DNA of 32,000 bases. Origin: Micrococcus luteus NCTC 2665 (GTDB taxonomy: Bacteria; Actinomycetota; Actinomycetes; Actinomycetales; Micrococcaceae). Within the stretch, counting starts at the first letter, position 1. Each line of letters starts with the position of its first letter. Below the pieces are notes generated by a model. It had not been told where the DNA came from, made no database searches, and saw only the letters and a program-made list of their open reading frames with translations. The position numbers and the translations under genes were made by a program. The stretch is taken from the NCBI RefSeq assembly GCF_000023205.1, contig NC_012803.1, forward strand, positions 1,050,001-1,082,000, given 5' to 3'. This document shows positions 15,861 to 26,806 of the stretch, piece by piece.

Positions 15861-18545
15861 TCAGTCGTCCTCCACCGGTGCGAGCTGCACGTCGGAGACG
15901 GTCAGGGGCGCGGACTCGCCGGCCTCGCCCTGCGTGAGGGACAGGTCCGCGATGTTGCCGGCCGCCTTGAGGTCCGTCAGACCGCCGCGCAGCTTCTCGA
16001 GCCACTCGGCCGGCCCGGTCACCACGGCGGAGCGCACCTCGGTCCGCTGCTTCACCTTGGCCTCGGACTTCGCCTTGCGGACGCCGCCCAGGACCTGCGC
16101 CACGGTGGGCAGGACCTCGGCGTCACCGGCGGAGGCGGCGAAGGACAGGGCCGCCACCTCGTCCGCGGCGCCCGGCCACGCGGCGGTGTGCACGGAGCCG
16201 GCGCGCCACCAGCTCCACACCTCCTCGGTGGCGAACGGCTGGAACGGGGCCAGCAGACGCAGCAGGGCGTCCAGGGTGGTGGCCAGCGTGGTCACCACAG
16301 AGGCCTGCTCGGCCTCGCCGTGGCCGCCGTAGGCACGGTCCTTCACGAGCTCCACGTAGTCGTCCGTGAAGGCCCAGAAGAACTGCTCGGTCACGTTGAG
16401 GGCCCGTGCGTAGTCATAGGCCTCGAATGCGCGGGTCGCCTGCTCCACGGTGGCCGCGAGGCGCGCCAGCAGGGAGGCGTCCAGCGGGTTGGTGACGGCC
16501 GCGGCGTCATCGGCCGTGCGGATGACGGCGTCCTGCGTGGCGCCCAGGTTCAGCACGAACTTGGCGGCGTTGAGCAGCTTGATGGCCAGGCGGCGGCCGA
16601 TCTTCATCTGCGCCACCTCGTAGGCGGTGTCTGCGCCGAGGCGGGCCGAGGCGGCCCAGTAGCGGACGGCGTCCGAGCCGAACTGGTCCAGGATGTCGGT
16701 CGGGACCACCACGTTGCCCTTGGACTTGGACATCTTCTTGCGGTCCGGGTCGAGGATCCAGCCGGAGAGCGCGGTGTCCGTCCACGGCACGGAGCCGTTG
16801 AGGGCGTGGGCGCGCACCACGGTGGAGAACAGCCAGGTGCGGATGATGTCGTGGCCCTGCGGGCGCAGATCGAACGGGAAGACGTTGTGGAAGAACGCCT
16901 CGTCACGGGACCAGCGGCCCACGATCTGCGGGGTCAGCGAGGAGGTGGCCCAGGTGTCCAGGACGTCCGGGTCGCCGGTGAAGCCGCCGGGGACGTCGCG
17001 CTGGTCCTCGGCGTAGCCCGGGGCGGCTTCGGCGGCCGGGTCCACGGGCAGCTGCTCGTCGGCCGGGAGGATCGGGTTCTCATAGTCGGGCTCTCCCTCG
17101 GCGTCCAGCGGGTACCAGACCGGGATCGGCACCCCGAAGAAGCGCTGGCGGGAGACCAGCCAGTCGCCGTTGAGGCCCTCGACCCAGTTCTCGTAGCGGT
17201 GGCGCATGTGCTCCGGGTGCCAGGAGATCTCGCGGCCACGCTCGATCAGCTCCGCGCGGCGGTCGGCGTCGCGGCCGCCGTTGCGGATGTACCACTGGCG
17301 GGAGGTGACGACCTCGAGCGGCTTGTCGCCCTTCTCGTAGAAGTTCACGGCGTGCATGATCTTCTTCGGCTCCCCGTCCAGCAGGCCGGCCGCGGTGAGG
17401 GCGTCCACCACACCCTGCTTGGCGGAGAAGACGGTCCGGCCGGCCACGGTGTCCGCATAGGCCTGTCGGCCGGCGTCCGTGGTGATCCACTCGGGGGTGT
17501 CGGCGGCGAAGCGGCCGTCACGGCCGATCAGGGTGCGGGTCGGCAGCTGCAGTTCGCGCCACCAGGTGACGTCGTTGAGATCGCCGAAGGTGCAGACCAT
17601 GGCGATGCCGGAGCCCTTGTCCGGCTTGGCCAGCGGGTGCGGGAAGACCTCGACCTCCACGCCGTACAGCGGGGAGGTGACGGTCGTGCCGAACAGGTGC
17701 TGGTAGCGCTCGTCGTCCGGGTGGGCGACCAGGCCGGAGCAGGAGGCCAGCAGCTCGGGGCGGGTGGTCTCGATGAAGACCTGCTCGCCGTCCGCAGCGG
17801 TGAAGGCGTAGCGGTGGTAGGCGCCGGGGACCTCGCGGTCCTCGAGCTCGGCCTGGGCCACGGCGGTGCGGAAGGTCACGTCCCACATGGTGGGGGCCTC
17901 GGCCAGGTAGGCGTCGCCCGAGGCGATGCCGGCCAGGAAGGCGCGTTGGGAGACGGAGCGGGAGACGTCGTCGATGGTCCGGTAGGTCATGTCCCAGTCG
18001 ACGGACAGGCCGAGGCGGGTGAAGAGGTCCTCGAAGACCTTCTCGTCCTCGACGGCGAGCTCCTCGCAGAGCTCGATGAAGTTCCTGCGGGAGATCACGT
18101 CCCAGTCGCGCTGGTTCTTCGCCGGCTTCTCCGGCGGGCGATAGCCCTCCACGTACGGCTTGGCGGGGTCGCAGCGGACGCCGTAGTAGTTCTGCACGCG
18201 GCGCTCGGTGGGCAGGCCGTTGTCGTCCCAGCCCATCGGGTAGAACACGTTCTTGCCGTTCATGCGCTGGTAGCGGGCGAGCACGTCGGTCTGCGTGTAG
18301 GAGAAGACGTGGCCCACGTGCAGCGAGCCGGAGGCGGTCGGCGGGGGAGTGTCGATCGAGTAGACCTGTTCGCGGGTGGTCTGCGTGTCGAACGCGTAGG
18401 TGCGCTCGTCGGCCCAGCGGGCGGTCAGCTTCTCCTCGAGGCCTTCGAGGGCCGGCTTGTCCGGCACGGCCACGGCGCCGGCGGCGGGGGTGGACGGGGT
18501 CGATGCGTCGATGGGCGTGTCTGTGCCCTGCGTGTTCTCAGCCAT
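15861..18545 (-). CDS. valS: Valine--tRNA ligase
   Basis: ORF-track 15861..19148 (-). Start set at ATG complement 18543-18545 (MAENTQGTD), 9 nt after GGGAGG. ATG at 18554 is too close to the Shine-Dalgarno. HIGH region PPPTASGSLHVGH, KMSKS motif KKMSKSKGN, 894 aa. Confidence 0.93.
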   Translation of the reverse strand: MAENTQGTDTPIDASTPSTPAAGAVAVPDKPALEGLEEKLTARWADERTYAFDTQTTREQVYSIDTPPPTASGSLHVGHVFSYTQTDVLARYQRMNGKNVFYPMGWDDNGLPTERRVQNYYGVRCDPAKPYVEGYRPPEKPAKNQRDWDVISRRNFIELCEELAVEDEKVFEDLFTRLGLSVDWDMTYRTIDDVSRSVSQRAFLAGIASGDAYLAEAPTMWDVTFRTAVAQAELEDREVPGAYHRYAFTAADGEQVFIETTRPELLASCSGLVAHPDDERYQHLFGTTVTSPLYGVEVEVFPHPLAKPDKGSGIAMVCTFGDLNDVTWWRELQLPTRTLIGRDGRFAADTPEWITTDAGRQAYADTVAGRTVFSAKQGVVDALTAAGLLDGEPKKIMHAVNFYEKGDKPLEVVTSRQWYIRNGGRDADRRAELIERGREISWHPEHMRHRYENWVEGLNGDWLVSRQRFFGVPIPVWYPLDAEGEPDYENPILPADEQLPVDPAAEAAPGYAEDQRDVPGGFTGDPDVLDTWATSSLTPQIVGRWSRDEAFFHNVFPFDLRPQGHDIIRTWLFSTVVRAHALNGSVPWTDTALSGWILDPDRKKMSKSKGNVVVPTDILDQFGSDAVRYWAASARLGADTAYEVAQMKIGRRLAIKLLNAAKFVLNLGATQDAVIRTADDAAAVTNPLDASLLARLAATVEQATRAFEAYDYARALNVTEQFFWAFTDDYVELVKDRAYGGHGEAEQASVVTTLATTLDALLRLLAPFQPFATEEVWSWWRAGSVHTAAWPGAADEVAALSFAASAGDAEVLPTVAQVLGGVRKAKSEAKVKQRTEVRSAVVTGPAEWLEKLRGGLTDLKAAGNIADLSLTQGEAGESAPLTVSDVQLAPVEDD

Positions 18546-18684
18546 GCCTGCCATCCTCCCATGACCGGGGCGGCGGGCCGGGCCTGCGACGATGCCCGGG
18601 ACATCCCGCCCTTGCAGTCGGTCGACCTGGCGGAGGTGAACGGGGCGGTGCTCCGAACGGCACGGCTCGGCTACGGTCGGAGGC

Positions 18685-19479
18685 GTGAGCCACACCCATG
18701 AACCTGCGAAGAACCCCGCCCGCGCCGCCGTCGTGACGGGGGCCACGAGCGGCATCGGCCGCGCCACGGCCCTCGAGCTCGCCCGCCGCGGCTGGCGCGT
18801 GTACGCCGTCGGCCGCCGGGCCGAGCGCCTCGAGACCCTCGCTGCCGACGCCCGGGCCGAGGGCGTGAGCGGCGACGTCGTCCCCGCCGCCCTGGACGTC
18901 ACGGACGAGGCCGCCGTCGCCGCGCTGGCCTCGCGCGTCGAGGCCGACGGCGGCGCCGACACCCTCATCAACATCGCCGGCGGCGCGCTCGGCACGGACG
19001 CCGTGGGCGTGGGCGACCGCGCGGACTGGGAGTGGATGTACCGCGTCAACGTGCTCGGCACCCTGACGATGTGCCAGGCGTTCCTGCCCATGCTCCGCGC
19101 CCACGGCGCGGGCACCGTGCTCAACCTGACCTCGACCGCCGCCGTCACCGCCTACGAGGGCGGCGCCGGCTACAACGCCGCGAAGATGGGCCAGCACGGG
19201 CTCACCGGCGCGCTGCGCCTGGAGGAGGCCGAGCACAACGTGCGGGTGATCGAGGTGCTCCCGGGCATGGTCCGCACCGAGGAGTTCTCCCGCAACCGCC
19301 TGGGCGGCGACCAATCCGCCGCGGACGCCGTGTACGCGGGCGTGGAGAAGCCGCTCACCCCCGAGGACATCGCCGAGGTGTGCGTCCACGCCGTCGAGCT
19401 GCCCCACCACGTGAACCTGGATCAGATCGTGATGCGGCCGGTCGCCCAGGCCGCCCAGCACAAGGTGATCCGCCGGTGA
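18685..19479 (+). CDS. SDR family oxidoreductase
   Basis: ORF-track 18685..19479 (GTG start). TGATSGIGR, YNAAK (YxxxK). The start is somewhat uncertain because GGAGG is only 1 nt upstream. Confidence 0.8.
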   Translation: MSHTHEPAKNPARAAVVTGATSGIGRATALELARRGWRVYAVGRRAERLETLAADARAEGVSGDVVPAALDVTDEAAVAALASRVEADGGADTLINIAGGALGTDAVGVGDRADWEWMYRVNVLGTLTMCQAFLPMLRAHGAGTVLNLTSTAAVTAYEGGAGYNAAKMGQHGLTGALRLEEAEHNVRVIEVLPGMVRTEEFSRNRLGGDQSAADAVYAGVEKPLTPEDIAEVCVHAVELPHHVNLDQIVMRPVAQAAQHKVIRR

Positions 19480-19522
19480 GCGGCGGGCCGCAGAACGTGT
19501 GGGCCGACGCGGTGGGCTCGGC

Positions 19523-20272
19523 ATGAGCGCGCCCGTGCTGCACGTGATCGCCTGCGCCCACGGCACGCACGACGCGGCCGGCCGCGTCGTGATCGACGGC
19601 CTCCGTGCCGACCTGGCGGCCCTCCTGGACGCCGAGGGGCCGGGCGCCCAGGTCCACGAGGCCTACGTGGACGTGCAGAGCCCCTCCCTTGACGAGGTCG
19701 TGGCGGCCCTGCCCCCGGGGGAGCCGGCCGTGATCGTGCCGCTGCTGCTGTCCCTGGGCCATCACGTCCACCACGACATCCACCATGCCGCGGCCGCCCG
19801 GCCCGACACGATCGCCGCCGCACCGCTGGCCGGGGCCGGGGACGACGTCGAGCCGCGCCTGGTGACCGTTCTGGCCGAACGGGTGGCCCAGGCGGTGCCG
19901 GCCGGTGAGGCCGCGACATCGGACATCATCCTGGCGGCGGCCGGCACTCGCGCCGCGGACGGCCAGGCCCAGGTGCACGCCCTGGCCGGGACCCTGGCCC
20001 GGGCCACGGGACTGCCCGTGACCGCGGCGTTCGGGGCGGCGGCCACCCCCCGGGTGCCCGACGCCGTCGCCCGGGTGCACGCCGCCGGCCGTCGCGCCGT
20101 GGTGGCCGCCCACCTGCTGGCCCCCGGGTACTTCCACGACCGACTCGGCGAGGCCGGCGCGGACGCGGTCACCGACCCCCTGCTGCCGCATCCGCTGGTG
20201 GCGCGGATCGCCCTGGACCGGCTGCGGTCCGCCCTCGTAGAGGCCCCGAGGGGAGCCGCCGGAGGCCGCTGA
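19523..20272 (+). CDS. sirB: Sirohydrochlorin ferrochelatase (CbiX/SirB type)
   Basis: ORF-track 19499..20272. Start set at ATG 19523 (MSAPVLHVIACAHGTHDAAG). Two CbiX-like halves (AHGT...VPLLLSLGHHVHHDI and AAAGTRAADG...AAHLLAPGYFHD). Confidence 0.75.
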   Translation: MSAPVLHVIACAHGTHDAAGRVVIDGLRADLAALLDAEGPGAQVHEAYVDVQSPSLDEVVAALPPGEPAVIVPLLLSLGHHVHHDIHHAAAARPDTIAAAPLAGAGDDVEPRLVTVLAERVAQAVPAGEAATSDIILAAAGTRAADGQAQVHALAGTLARATGLPVTAAFGAAATPRVPDAVARVHAAGRRAVVAAHLLAPGYFHDRLGEAGADAVTDPLLPHPLVARIALDRLRSALVEAPRGAAGGR

Positions 20273-20275
20273 GCC

Positions 20276-20340
20276 GTTCGTCACACGACCGGGGCCGGGC
20301 CGAGACCCCGCCGCGGCCCGGCCCCGGGAACGTGACGAAC
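20276..20340 (+). terminator. 65-nt nested inverted repeat between sirB and sirA (terminator, attenuator or processing site)
   Basis: Outer arms gttcgtcac (20276-20284) / gtgacgaac (20332-20340). Inner arms ccggggccgggcc (20289-20301) / ggcccggccccgg (20315-20327). 13-nt loop. Confidence 0.4.
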
Positions 20341-20390
20341 CGCGTCGACGATCTTGGGGGCCGGCATGCCGGGTTCCTAGCGTGGCGGCC

Positions 20391-22106
20391 ATGACCCAGG
20401 TGAACGAGACGTCGAGGCCGGCGCGCACTCCGCGCCGTCCCTCCGCCAAGCCGCACGGCCAGTGGAAGGTGGACGGGACCGCCCCCCTGAACCACAACGA
20501 GGAGTTCAAGCAGCAGGACGACGGCCTGAACGTCCGCGAGCGCATCGAGCAGGTCTACGCCCGGGAGGGCTTCGACTCGATCCCCTCGGACGACCTGCAC
20601 GGCCGCTTCCGCTGGTGGGGCCTGTACACCCAGCGCCGGCAGGGGATCGACGGCGGCAAGACCGCCACCCTGGAGCCCCACGAACTCGAGGACCGCTACT
20701 TCATGCTGCGCGTGCGCATCGACGGCGGTGACCTCACCACCGAGCAGCTGCGCGTGATCGGCGGGATCTCCACCGACTTCGGCCGTGACACCGCGGACAT
20801 CACCGACCGGCAGAACGTCCAGCTGCACTGGATCCGTGTCGAGGACGTCCCCGAGATCTGGCGGCGCCTGGAGTCCGTGGGCCTGTCCACCACCGAGGCC
20901 TGCGGCGACGTGCCGCGCGTGATCCTCGGCTCACCGGTGGCCGGGATCGCCGCGGACGAGATCATCGACCCCACGCCCGTGATCCGGGAGATCGCGGACC
21001 GCTGGATCGGCGACCTCGAGATCTCCAACCTGCCCCGCAAGTTCAAGACCGCCATCACCGGACACCCCTCCCAGGACGTGGTCCACGAGATCAACGACGT
21101 CTCCCTGATCGGTGTGGTGCACCCCGAGCTGGGCCCCGGCTACGACCTGTGGGTCGGTGGCGGCCTGTCCACGAAGGCCCGCCTGGCCGACCGGATCGGT
21201 GCGTTCGTCTCGGCCGAGCGCGCCCCCGAGGTGTGGCACGCCGTCGTGAGCATCTTCCGTGACTACGGCTACCGGCGCCTGCGCAACAAGGCCCGCATGA
21301 AGTACCTGCTCGAGGACTGGGGACCGGAGAGGTTCCGCACCGTGCTGGAGGAGGAGTACCTCGGCTACGCCCTGCCCGACGGCCCCGCCCCGTCCCCGCC
21401 CACCCGCCCCGGCGACCACGTGGGGGTCCACGAGCAGAAGGACGGCCGCTTCTACATCGGTGCCGCCCCCGTCGTCGGCCGCTCCAGCGGCACCACCCTC
21501 ACCGCCCTCGCGGACCTGCTCGAGGCCCACGGCTCCACGCGGCTGCGGACCACCCCCCACCAGAAGATCGTGGTGCTGGACGTGGAACGGGACCGGGTGG
21601 ACGCCGTCGTGGCCGGCTTGAAGGAGCTGGGACTGGACCCGGAGCCGTCCGTGTTCCGCCGCTCCACCATCGCCTGCACTGGCCTGGAGTTCTGCAAGCT
21701 CGCCATCGTGGACACGAAGGACACCGCCACCGCCGCGATCGCCCAGCTCGAGGAGCGCCTGGCCGACCTCGCCGACCGCCTCCCCGAGCGGCTGAGCCTG
21801 CATGTGAACGGCTGCCCCAACTCCTGCGCCCGCATCCAGACCGCGGACATCGGCCTGAAGGGCCAGCTGCTCCCGGACGACGACGGCGGCCAGACGCCCG
21901 GCTTCCAGGTCCACCTGGGCGGCGGGCTGGCCTCCGTGGACCGCGCCGAGGCCGGCCTCGGACGCAGCGTCCGCGGCCTGAAGGTCCGCGCGGACGGCCT
22001 GGTCGACTACGTCGAGCGCCTCGTCCGCCGGTACGACGAGCAGCGTGAGCCGGGCGAGACCTTCGCCCGGTGGGCGCACCGAGTCGACGAGGAGGCCCTC
22101 CGATGA
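20391..22106 (+). CDS. sirA: Ferredoxin-dependent sulfite reductase (NirA/SirA type, sirohaem-[4Fe-4S])
   Basis: ORF-track 20382..22106 (GTG 20382 or ATG 20391). Duplicated nitrite/sulfite-reductase modules. Cys cluster contexts TEACGD, STIACTGLEFCKLA, VNGCPNSCARIQ. Confidence 0.9.
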   Translation: MTQVNETSRPARTPRRPSAKPHGQWKVDGTAPLNHNEEFKQQDDGLNVRERIEQVYAREGFDSIPSDDLHGRFRWWGLYTQRRQGIDGGKTATLEPHELEDRYFMLRVRIDGGDLTTEQLRVIGGISTDFGRDTADITDRQNVQLHWIRVEDVPEIWRRLESVGLSTTEACGDVPRVILGSPVAGIAADEIIDPTPVIREIADRWIGDLEISNLPRKFKTAITGHPSQDVVHEINDVSLIGVVHPELGPGYDLWVGGGLSTKARLADRIGAFVSAERAPEVWHAVVSIFRDYGYRRLRNKARMKYLLEDWGPERFRTVLEEEYLGYALPDGPAPSPPTRPGDHVGVHEQKDGRFYIGAAPVVGRSSGTTLTALADLLEAHGSTRLRTTPHQKIVVLDVERDRVDAVVAGLKELGLDPEPSVFRRSTIACTGLEFCKLAIVDTKDTATAAIAQLEERLADLADRLPERLSLHVNGCPNSCARIQTADIGLKGQLLPDDDGGQTPGFQVHLGGGLASVDRAEAGLGRSVRGLKVRADGLVDYVERLVRRYDEQREPGETFARWAHRVDEEALR

Positions 22107-22828
22107 GCACCGTTCCCCCCACCCGTCCGACCGAGGACCTCGAGCGCCTGCAGGCGCTCGCGGAGTCCGGCGCCGCCGAGCTCGGCTGGGACGCCCCCGC
22201 CGAGGCGGTGGTCGACTGGGCCGCCCGCCATGTGGACCTCCGCCGGGCCGCCGTGGCCTGTTCCATGGCCGACGCCGTCCTGCCGCACCTGGTGGCGCAG
22301 CGGATGCCCGGCGTGGACGTCCTCTTCCTGGACACCGGCTACCACTTCACCGAGACCCTCGCGACGCGCGACGAGGTGGCCCGCCGCCTCGACGTCACCG
22401 TGGTGGACGTGCTCCCGGAGCTGACCGTGGCCGAGCAGGACGAGCGCCACGGCAAGGACCTGTTCGCCCGCGACCCGGCGCTGTGCTGCGCGATGCGCAA
22501 GGTCGAGCCCCTCAACCGGGCGCTGGCCGGATACGACCTGTGGTTCACCGGAGTCCGCCGGGACGAGGCGCCGACGCGCACGAACACCCCGCTGGTGGGC
22601 TGGGACGAGGCCCACGGCATGGTCAAGGTCAACCCCGTCGCCCCGTGGAGCTTCGACGACCTGGTCGGCTACGCCACGGACCACGACGTGCCCGTGAACC
22701 TGCTCCTGCAGAACGGCTACCCCTCGATCGGCTGCCGTCCCTGCACCCGCCCCGTCGCCCCCGGGGAGGACCCCCGAGCCGGGCGCTGGGCCGGGACCGC
22801 GAAGACCGAGTGCGGCATCCACGTCTGA
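22103..22828 (+). CDS. cysH: Adenosine 5'-phosphosulfate (APS) reductase, Fe-S type
   Basis: ORF-track 22070..22828. Start at ATG 22103, overlapping the sirA stop (ATGA). FLDTGYHFTET, Fe-S ligands CC (ALCCAMRK) and CRPC, C-terminal catalytic KTECGIH. Confidence 0.9.
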   Translation: MSTVPPTRPTEDLERLQALAESGAAELGWDAPAEAVVDWAARHVDLRRAAVACSMADAVLPHLVAQRMPGVDVLFLDTGYHFTETLATRDEVARRLDVTVVDVLPELTVAEQDERHGKDLFARDPALCCAMRKVEPLNRALAGYDLWFTGVRRDEAPTRTNTPLVGWDEAHGMVKVNPVAPWSFDDLVGYATDHDVPVNLLLQNGYPSIGCRPCTRPVAPGEDPRAGRWAGTAKTECGIHV

Positions 22829-22860
22829 GCGCCGCTCCCGAGACAGACCAAGGAGACACG

Positions 22861-23796
22861 ATGACCCTCACCCATGCCCCCGACCCGGGGATCGTGAGCC
22901 CCGCCGGGCCCGACGTCCAGGACGCCCTGGAGGCCGAGGCGATCCACATCATCCGCGAGGTGGTGGCCGAGTTCGAGCGCCCCGCCATGCTCTTCTCGGG
23001 CGGCAAGGACTCCGTGGTGATGCTCCACCTGGCCGCGAAGGCCTTCTGGCCGGGCAGGATCCCCTTCCCGGTGGTCCACGTGGACACCGGCCACAACTTC
23101 CCCGAGGTCCTCGAGTTCCGCGACCGCACGGTGGAGCGGCTCGGCCTGCGGCTCGTGGTGGGCTCCGTGCAGGAGTACATCGACCGCGGCGAGCTGCGTG
23201 AGCGCGCCGACGGCACCCGCAACACCCTGCAGACCACCCCCCTGCTGGACACGATCCGGACCAACCGGTTCGACGCCGTCTTCGGGGGAGGCCGCCGTGA
23301 CGAGGACAAGGCGCGGGCCAAGGAGCGGATCATCAGCCTGCGCGACGCGTTCGGCCAGTGGGACCCGCGCAACCAGCGCCCCGAGCTGTGGAACCTCTAC
23401 AACGGCCGTCACACCCCCGGCCAGCACGTCCGCGCGTTCCCCATCAGCAACTGGACCGAGCTGGACGTGTGGCGGTACATCGCCCGCGAGGGCATCGAGC
23501 TGCCCTCCATCTACTACGCGCACGAGCGGGAGGTCTTCCGCCGCGACGGCATGTGGCGCGCCGTGGGGGAGCACTCCCGCCCGGCCGAGGGCGAGGAGGT
23601 CACCACGCGGACGGTGCGCTACCGCACGGTGGGCGACATGTCCTGCACCGGCGCCGTCCTCTCGGAGGCCGCCACCGTCGAGGACGTCGTGCTCGAGGTC
23701 GCCGCCTCCACCCTGACCGAACGCGGGGCCACCCGCGCCGACGACCGCATCTCCGAGGCGGCCATGGAAGATCGCAAGAAGGACGGGTACTTCTGA
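22861..23796 (+). CDS. cysD: Sulfate adenylyltransferase subunit 2
   Basis: Internal part of ORF-track 22045..23796. ATG 22861 follows AAGGAG (22850-22855). FSGGKDSVVMLHL PP-loop, VDTGHNFPE, ERGATRADD...EDRKKDGYF C-terminus. Confidence 0.92.
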   Translation: MTLTHAPDPGIVSPAGPDVQDALEAEAIHIIREVVAEFERPAMLFSGGKDSVVMLHLAAKAFWPGRIPFPVVHVDTGHNFPEVLEFRDRTVERLGLRLVVGSVQEYIDRGELRERADGTRNTLQTTPLLDTIRTNRFDAVFGGGRRDEDKARAKERIISLRDAFGQWDPRNQRPELWNLYNGRHTPGQHVRAFPISNWTELDVWRYIAREGIELPSIYYAHEREVFRRDGMWRAVGEHSRPAEGEEVTTRTVRYRTVGDMSCTGAVLSEAATVEDVVLEVAASTLTERGATRADDRISEAAMEDRKKDGYF

Positions 23797-25136
23797 TGAG
23801 CACCGCACTGCTGGACCGGCACGCCCCCGCCGGGACCCTGTTCCGCCTGGCCACGGCCGGCTCGGTCGACGACGGCAAGTCCACCCTCGTGGGCCGCCTC
23901 CTGCACGACTCCAAGGCCGTCCTGGCCGACCAGCTCGAGGCCGTGGCCCGCACTTCCGCCGAGCGCGGCTTCGGCGGTGCCGAGGGCGGGCTGGACCTGG
24001 CGCTGCTGACCGACGGCCTGCGCGCCGAGCGGGAGCAGGGGATCACGATCGACGTCGCGTACCGGTACTTCGCCACGGACCGGCGCACCTTCGTGCTGGC
24101 CGACTGCCCCGGGCACGTGCAGTACACCCGGAACACCGTCACGGGCGCCTCGACGGCCGACGCCGTCGTGCTGCTCGTGGACGCCCGCAAGGGCGTGGTG
24201 GAGCAGACCCGACGCCACCTCAGCGTGGTGGCCCTGCTGCGGGTGCCGCACGTGATCGTCGCGGTCAACAAGATCGATCTCGTGGACTACGCCGAGGAGG
24301 TCTTCACCGCGATCGCCGAGGACGTGCGGCGCGTGGCCCGGGAGCTCGGCCTCTCCGACGCGGTGAGCGTCCCGGTGTCCGCCCTCCAGGGCGACAACGT
24401 GGTCACCCGCTCCGAGCGGACGGACTGGTACACCGGCCCCACGCTCATGGAGCTGCTCGAGTCGATGCCCGGGGTGGACGCCGAGGACGACGCCGCCGCC
24501 TCCTTCCGCTTCCCGGTGCAGCTCGTGGTGCGCCCCCAGGGCGCCCTGGCCCCCGGCCTCGACCCCGAGGTCTTCCGCGACTACCGCGGCTACGCCGGGC
24601 AGGTCGTGGCGGGCACCGTCCGGCCCGGGGACGCCGTCGCCGTCCTCACCCCGGGGCAGCCGGCGCGCACCACCACCGTGGTGGGCGTGGACGCCGCCGG
24701 GGAATCCCTCGAGGAGGCCTCCTCCCCGCAGTCGGTGGTCCTGCGCCTGGCCGACGAGGTGGACGTGGCCCGCGGGGACACGATCGCCGCCGCGGACACC
24801 GCCCCGCGCCCCACCACGGAGGTGGCCGCCGCGCTGTGCTGGCTCTCCGCCGCACCGCTGCGCGTCGGGCAGCAGGTCCTCGTCAAGCACGGCACCGCCG
24901 TCGTCCGGGCGCTCGTCCAGGAGGTGGCCGGCCGGCTCGACCTCGACACCCTGCGGCTCGACCCGGCCGAGACCCTCGGGCTCAACGACATCGGACAGGT
25001 GCGCCTGCACCTGGCCGCGCCGCTGCCCGTGGAGCCCTACGCCGTGCATCGGCGCACCGGGGCGTTCCTCGTGATCGACCCCCAGGACGGTGCCACGCTC
25101 GCCGCCGGCATGGTGCGCGGCCGCGACGAGGCCTGA
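23796..25136 (+). CDS. cysN: Sulfate adenylyltransferase subunit 1 (GTPase), without a fused APS kinase domain
   Basis: Frame of ORF-track 23358..25136. ATG 23796 overlaps the cysD TGA (TGATG). G1 GSVDDGKST, G3 DCPGH, G4 NKID. Ends after the beta-barrel domains at about 446 aa. Confidence 0.92.
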   Translation: MSTALLDRHAPAGTLFRLATAGSVDDGKSTLVGRLLHDSKAVLADQLEAVARTSAERGFGGAEGGLDLALLTDGLRAEREQGITIDVAYRYFATDRRTFVLADCPGHVQYTRNTVTGASTADAVVLLVDARKGVVEQTRRHLSVVALLRVPHVIVAVNKIDLVDYAEEVFTAIAEDVRRVARELGLSDAVSVPVSALQGDNVVTRSERTDWYTGPTLMELLESMPGVDAEDDAAASFRFPVQLVVRPQGALAPGLDPEVFRDYRGYAGQVVAGTVRPGDAVAVLTPGQPARTTTVVGVDAAGESLEEASSPQSVVLRLADEVDVARGDTIAAADTAPRPTTEVAAALCWLSAAPLRVGQQVLVKHGTAVVRALVQEVAGRLDLDTLRLDPAETLGLNDIGQVRLHLAAPLPVEPYAVHRRTGAFLVIDPQDGATLAAGMVRGRDEA

Positions 25137-25167
25137 GACGGATGACGACGGGGCGACGGGAGCGGTC

Positions 25168-25882
<715 letters not shown>

Positions 25883-25893
<11 letters not shown>

Positions 25894-26806
25894 CACCCCC
25901 ACCCTCGACGCCCCCGGCCGCGCGCCGGGGGCCGCCACCGACGACGAGCTGCGCGAGCTCGACAGCGGCCTCGACGCGCTCCAGGCCGTCGACTCGACCC
26001 GTCGGACGGGTCTGGCCGGGTGGGACTGGAGCCGGGTCCTGCTCCCGGTGGCCGCCGTCGTCCTGCTCGTGGCGATCTGGCAGGCCTTCGCGTGGCTGGC
26101 CGGTGCGCGCGGCGAGCCGATCACCGGTCCCGGCGACGTCCTCGGGGCCTTCGGGACGCTGTGGGCCCAGGGCCTCGTCCAGCAGGCAGTGGCGACGTCC
26201 GTGGGCCGCGCCGTCGTGGGCTTCGCACTCGCCGTGGTCGTCGGCGTCGGGCTGGGCCTGCTGCTCGGACAGGTCGGCGTCCTGCGACGGGCGTTCGGCC
26301 CGCTGCTCACGGCCCTGATGGTGCTGCCCAACGTGGCCTGGGTGCCGCTCGCGGTGCTGTGGTTCGGCCTCAGCGACGCCACCGCGTACTTCGTGATGCT
26401 CACCGGCGCCGTCCCGGCCGTGGTCGCCGGCCTCACCACCGGCACGGACCAGGTGCCGCCGCAGCTGCGTCGCGCGGCCCGCGTGCTGGGCGCCTCGCGC
26501 CTCGAGACCGCCCTGCTGGTGGTCCTCCCGGCTGCCCTGCCCGCCTTCGTCTCCGGCCTGCGCCAGGGCTGGGCCTTCGCGTGGCGAGGCCTCATGGCCG
26601 CCGAGATCATCGCCGTCGGCGGGCCCATGGGCGTCGGACTCGGGACCCTGCTCCACCAGGGACGGACCGAGTCCGACCTCGCCGTCGTCCTCTGCGCCGT
26701 CCTGGCCATCCTGGCCGTCGGCGTCCTCGTCGAACTGACCGTATTCGGCCCTGTCGAGCGGCGCATGCTGCGCCGCCGGGGGCTGCTGGAAGGGAGCACG
26801 CGATGA
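25883..26806 (+). CDS. ABC transporter permease (NitT/TauT-like)
   Basis: Frame of ORF-track 25448..26806. ATG 25883 overlaps the ATPase gene by 11 nt. Several hydrophobic spans and an EAA-type loop (RRAARVLGASRLETALLVVLPAALP). Confidence 0.85.
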
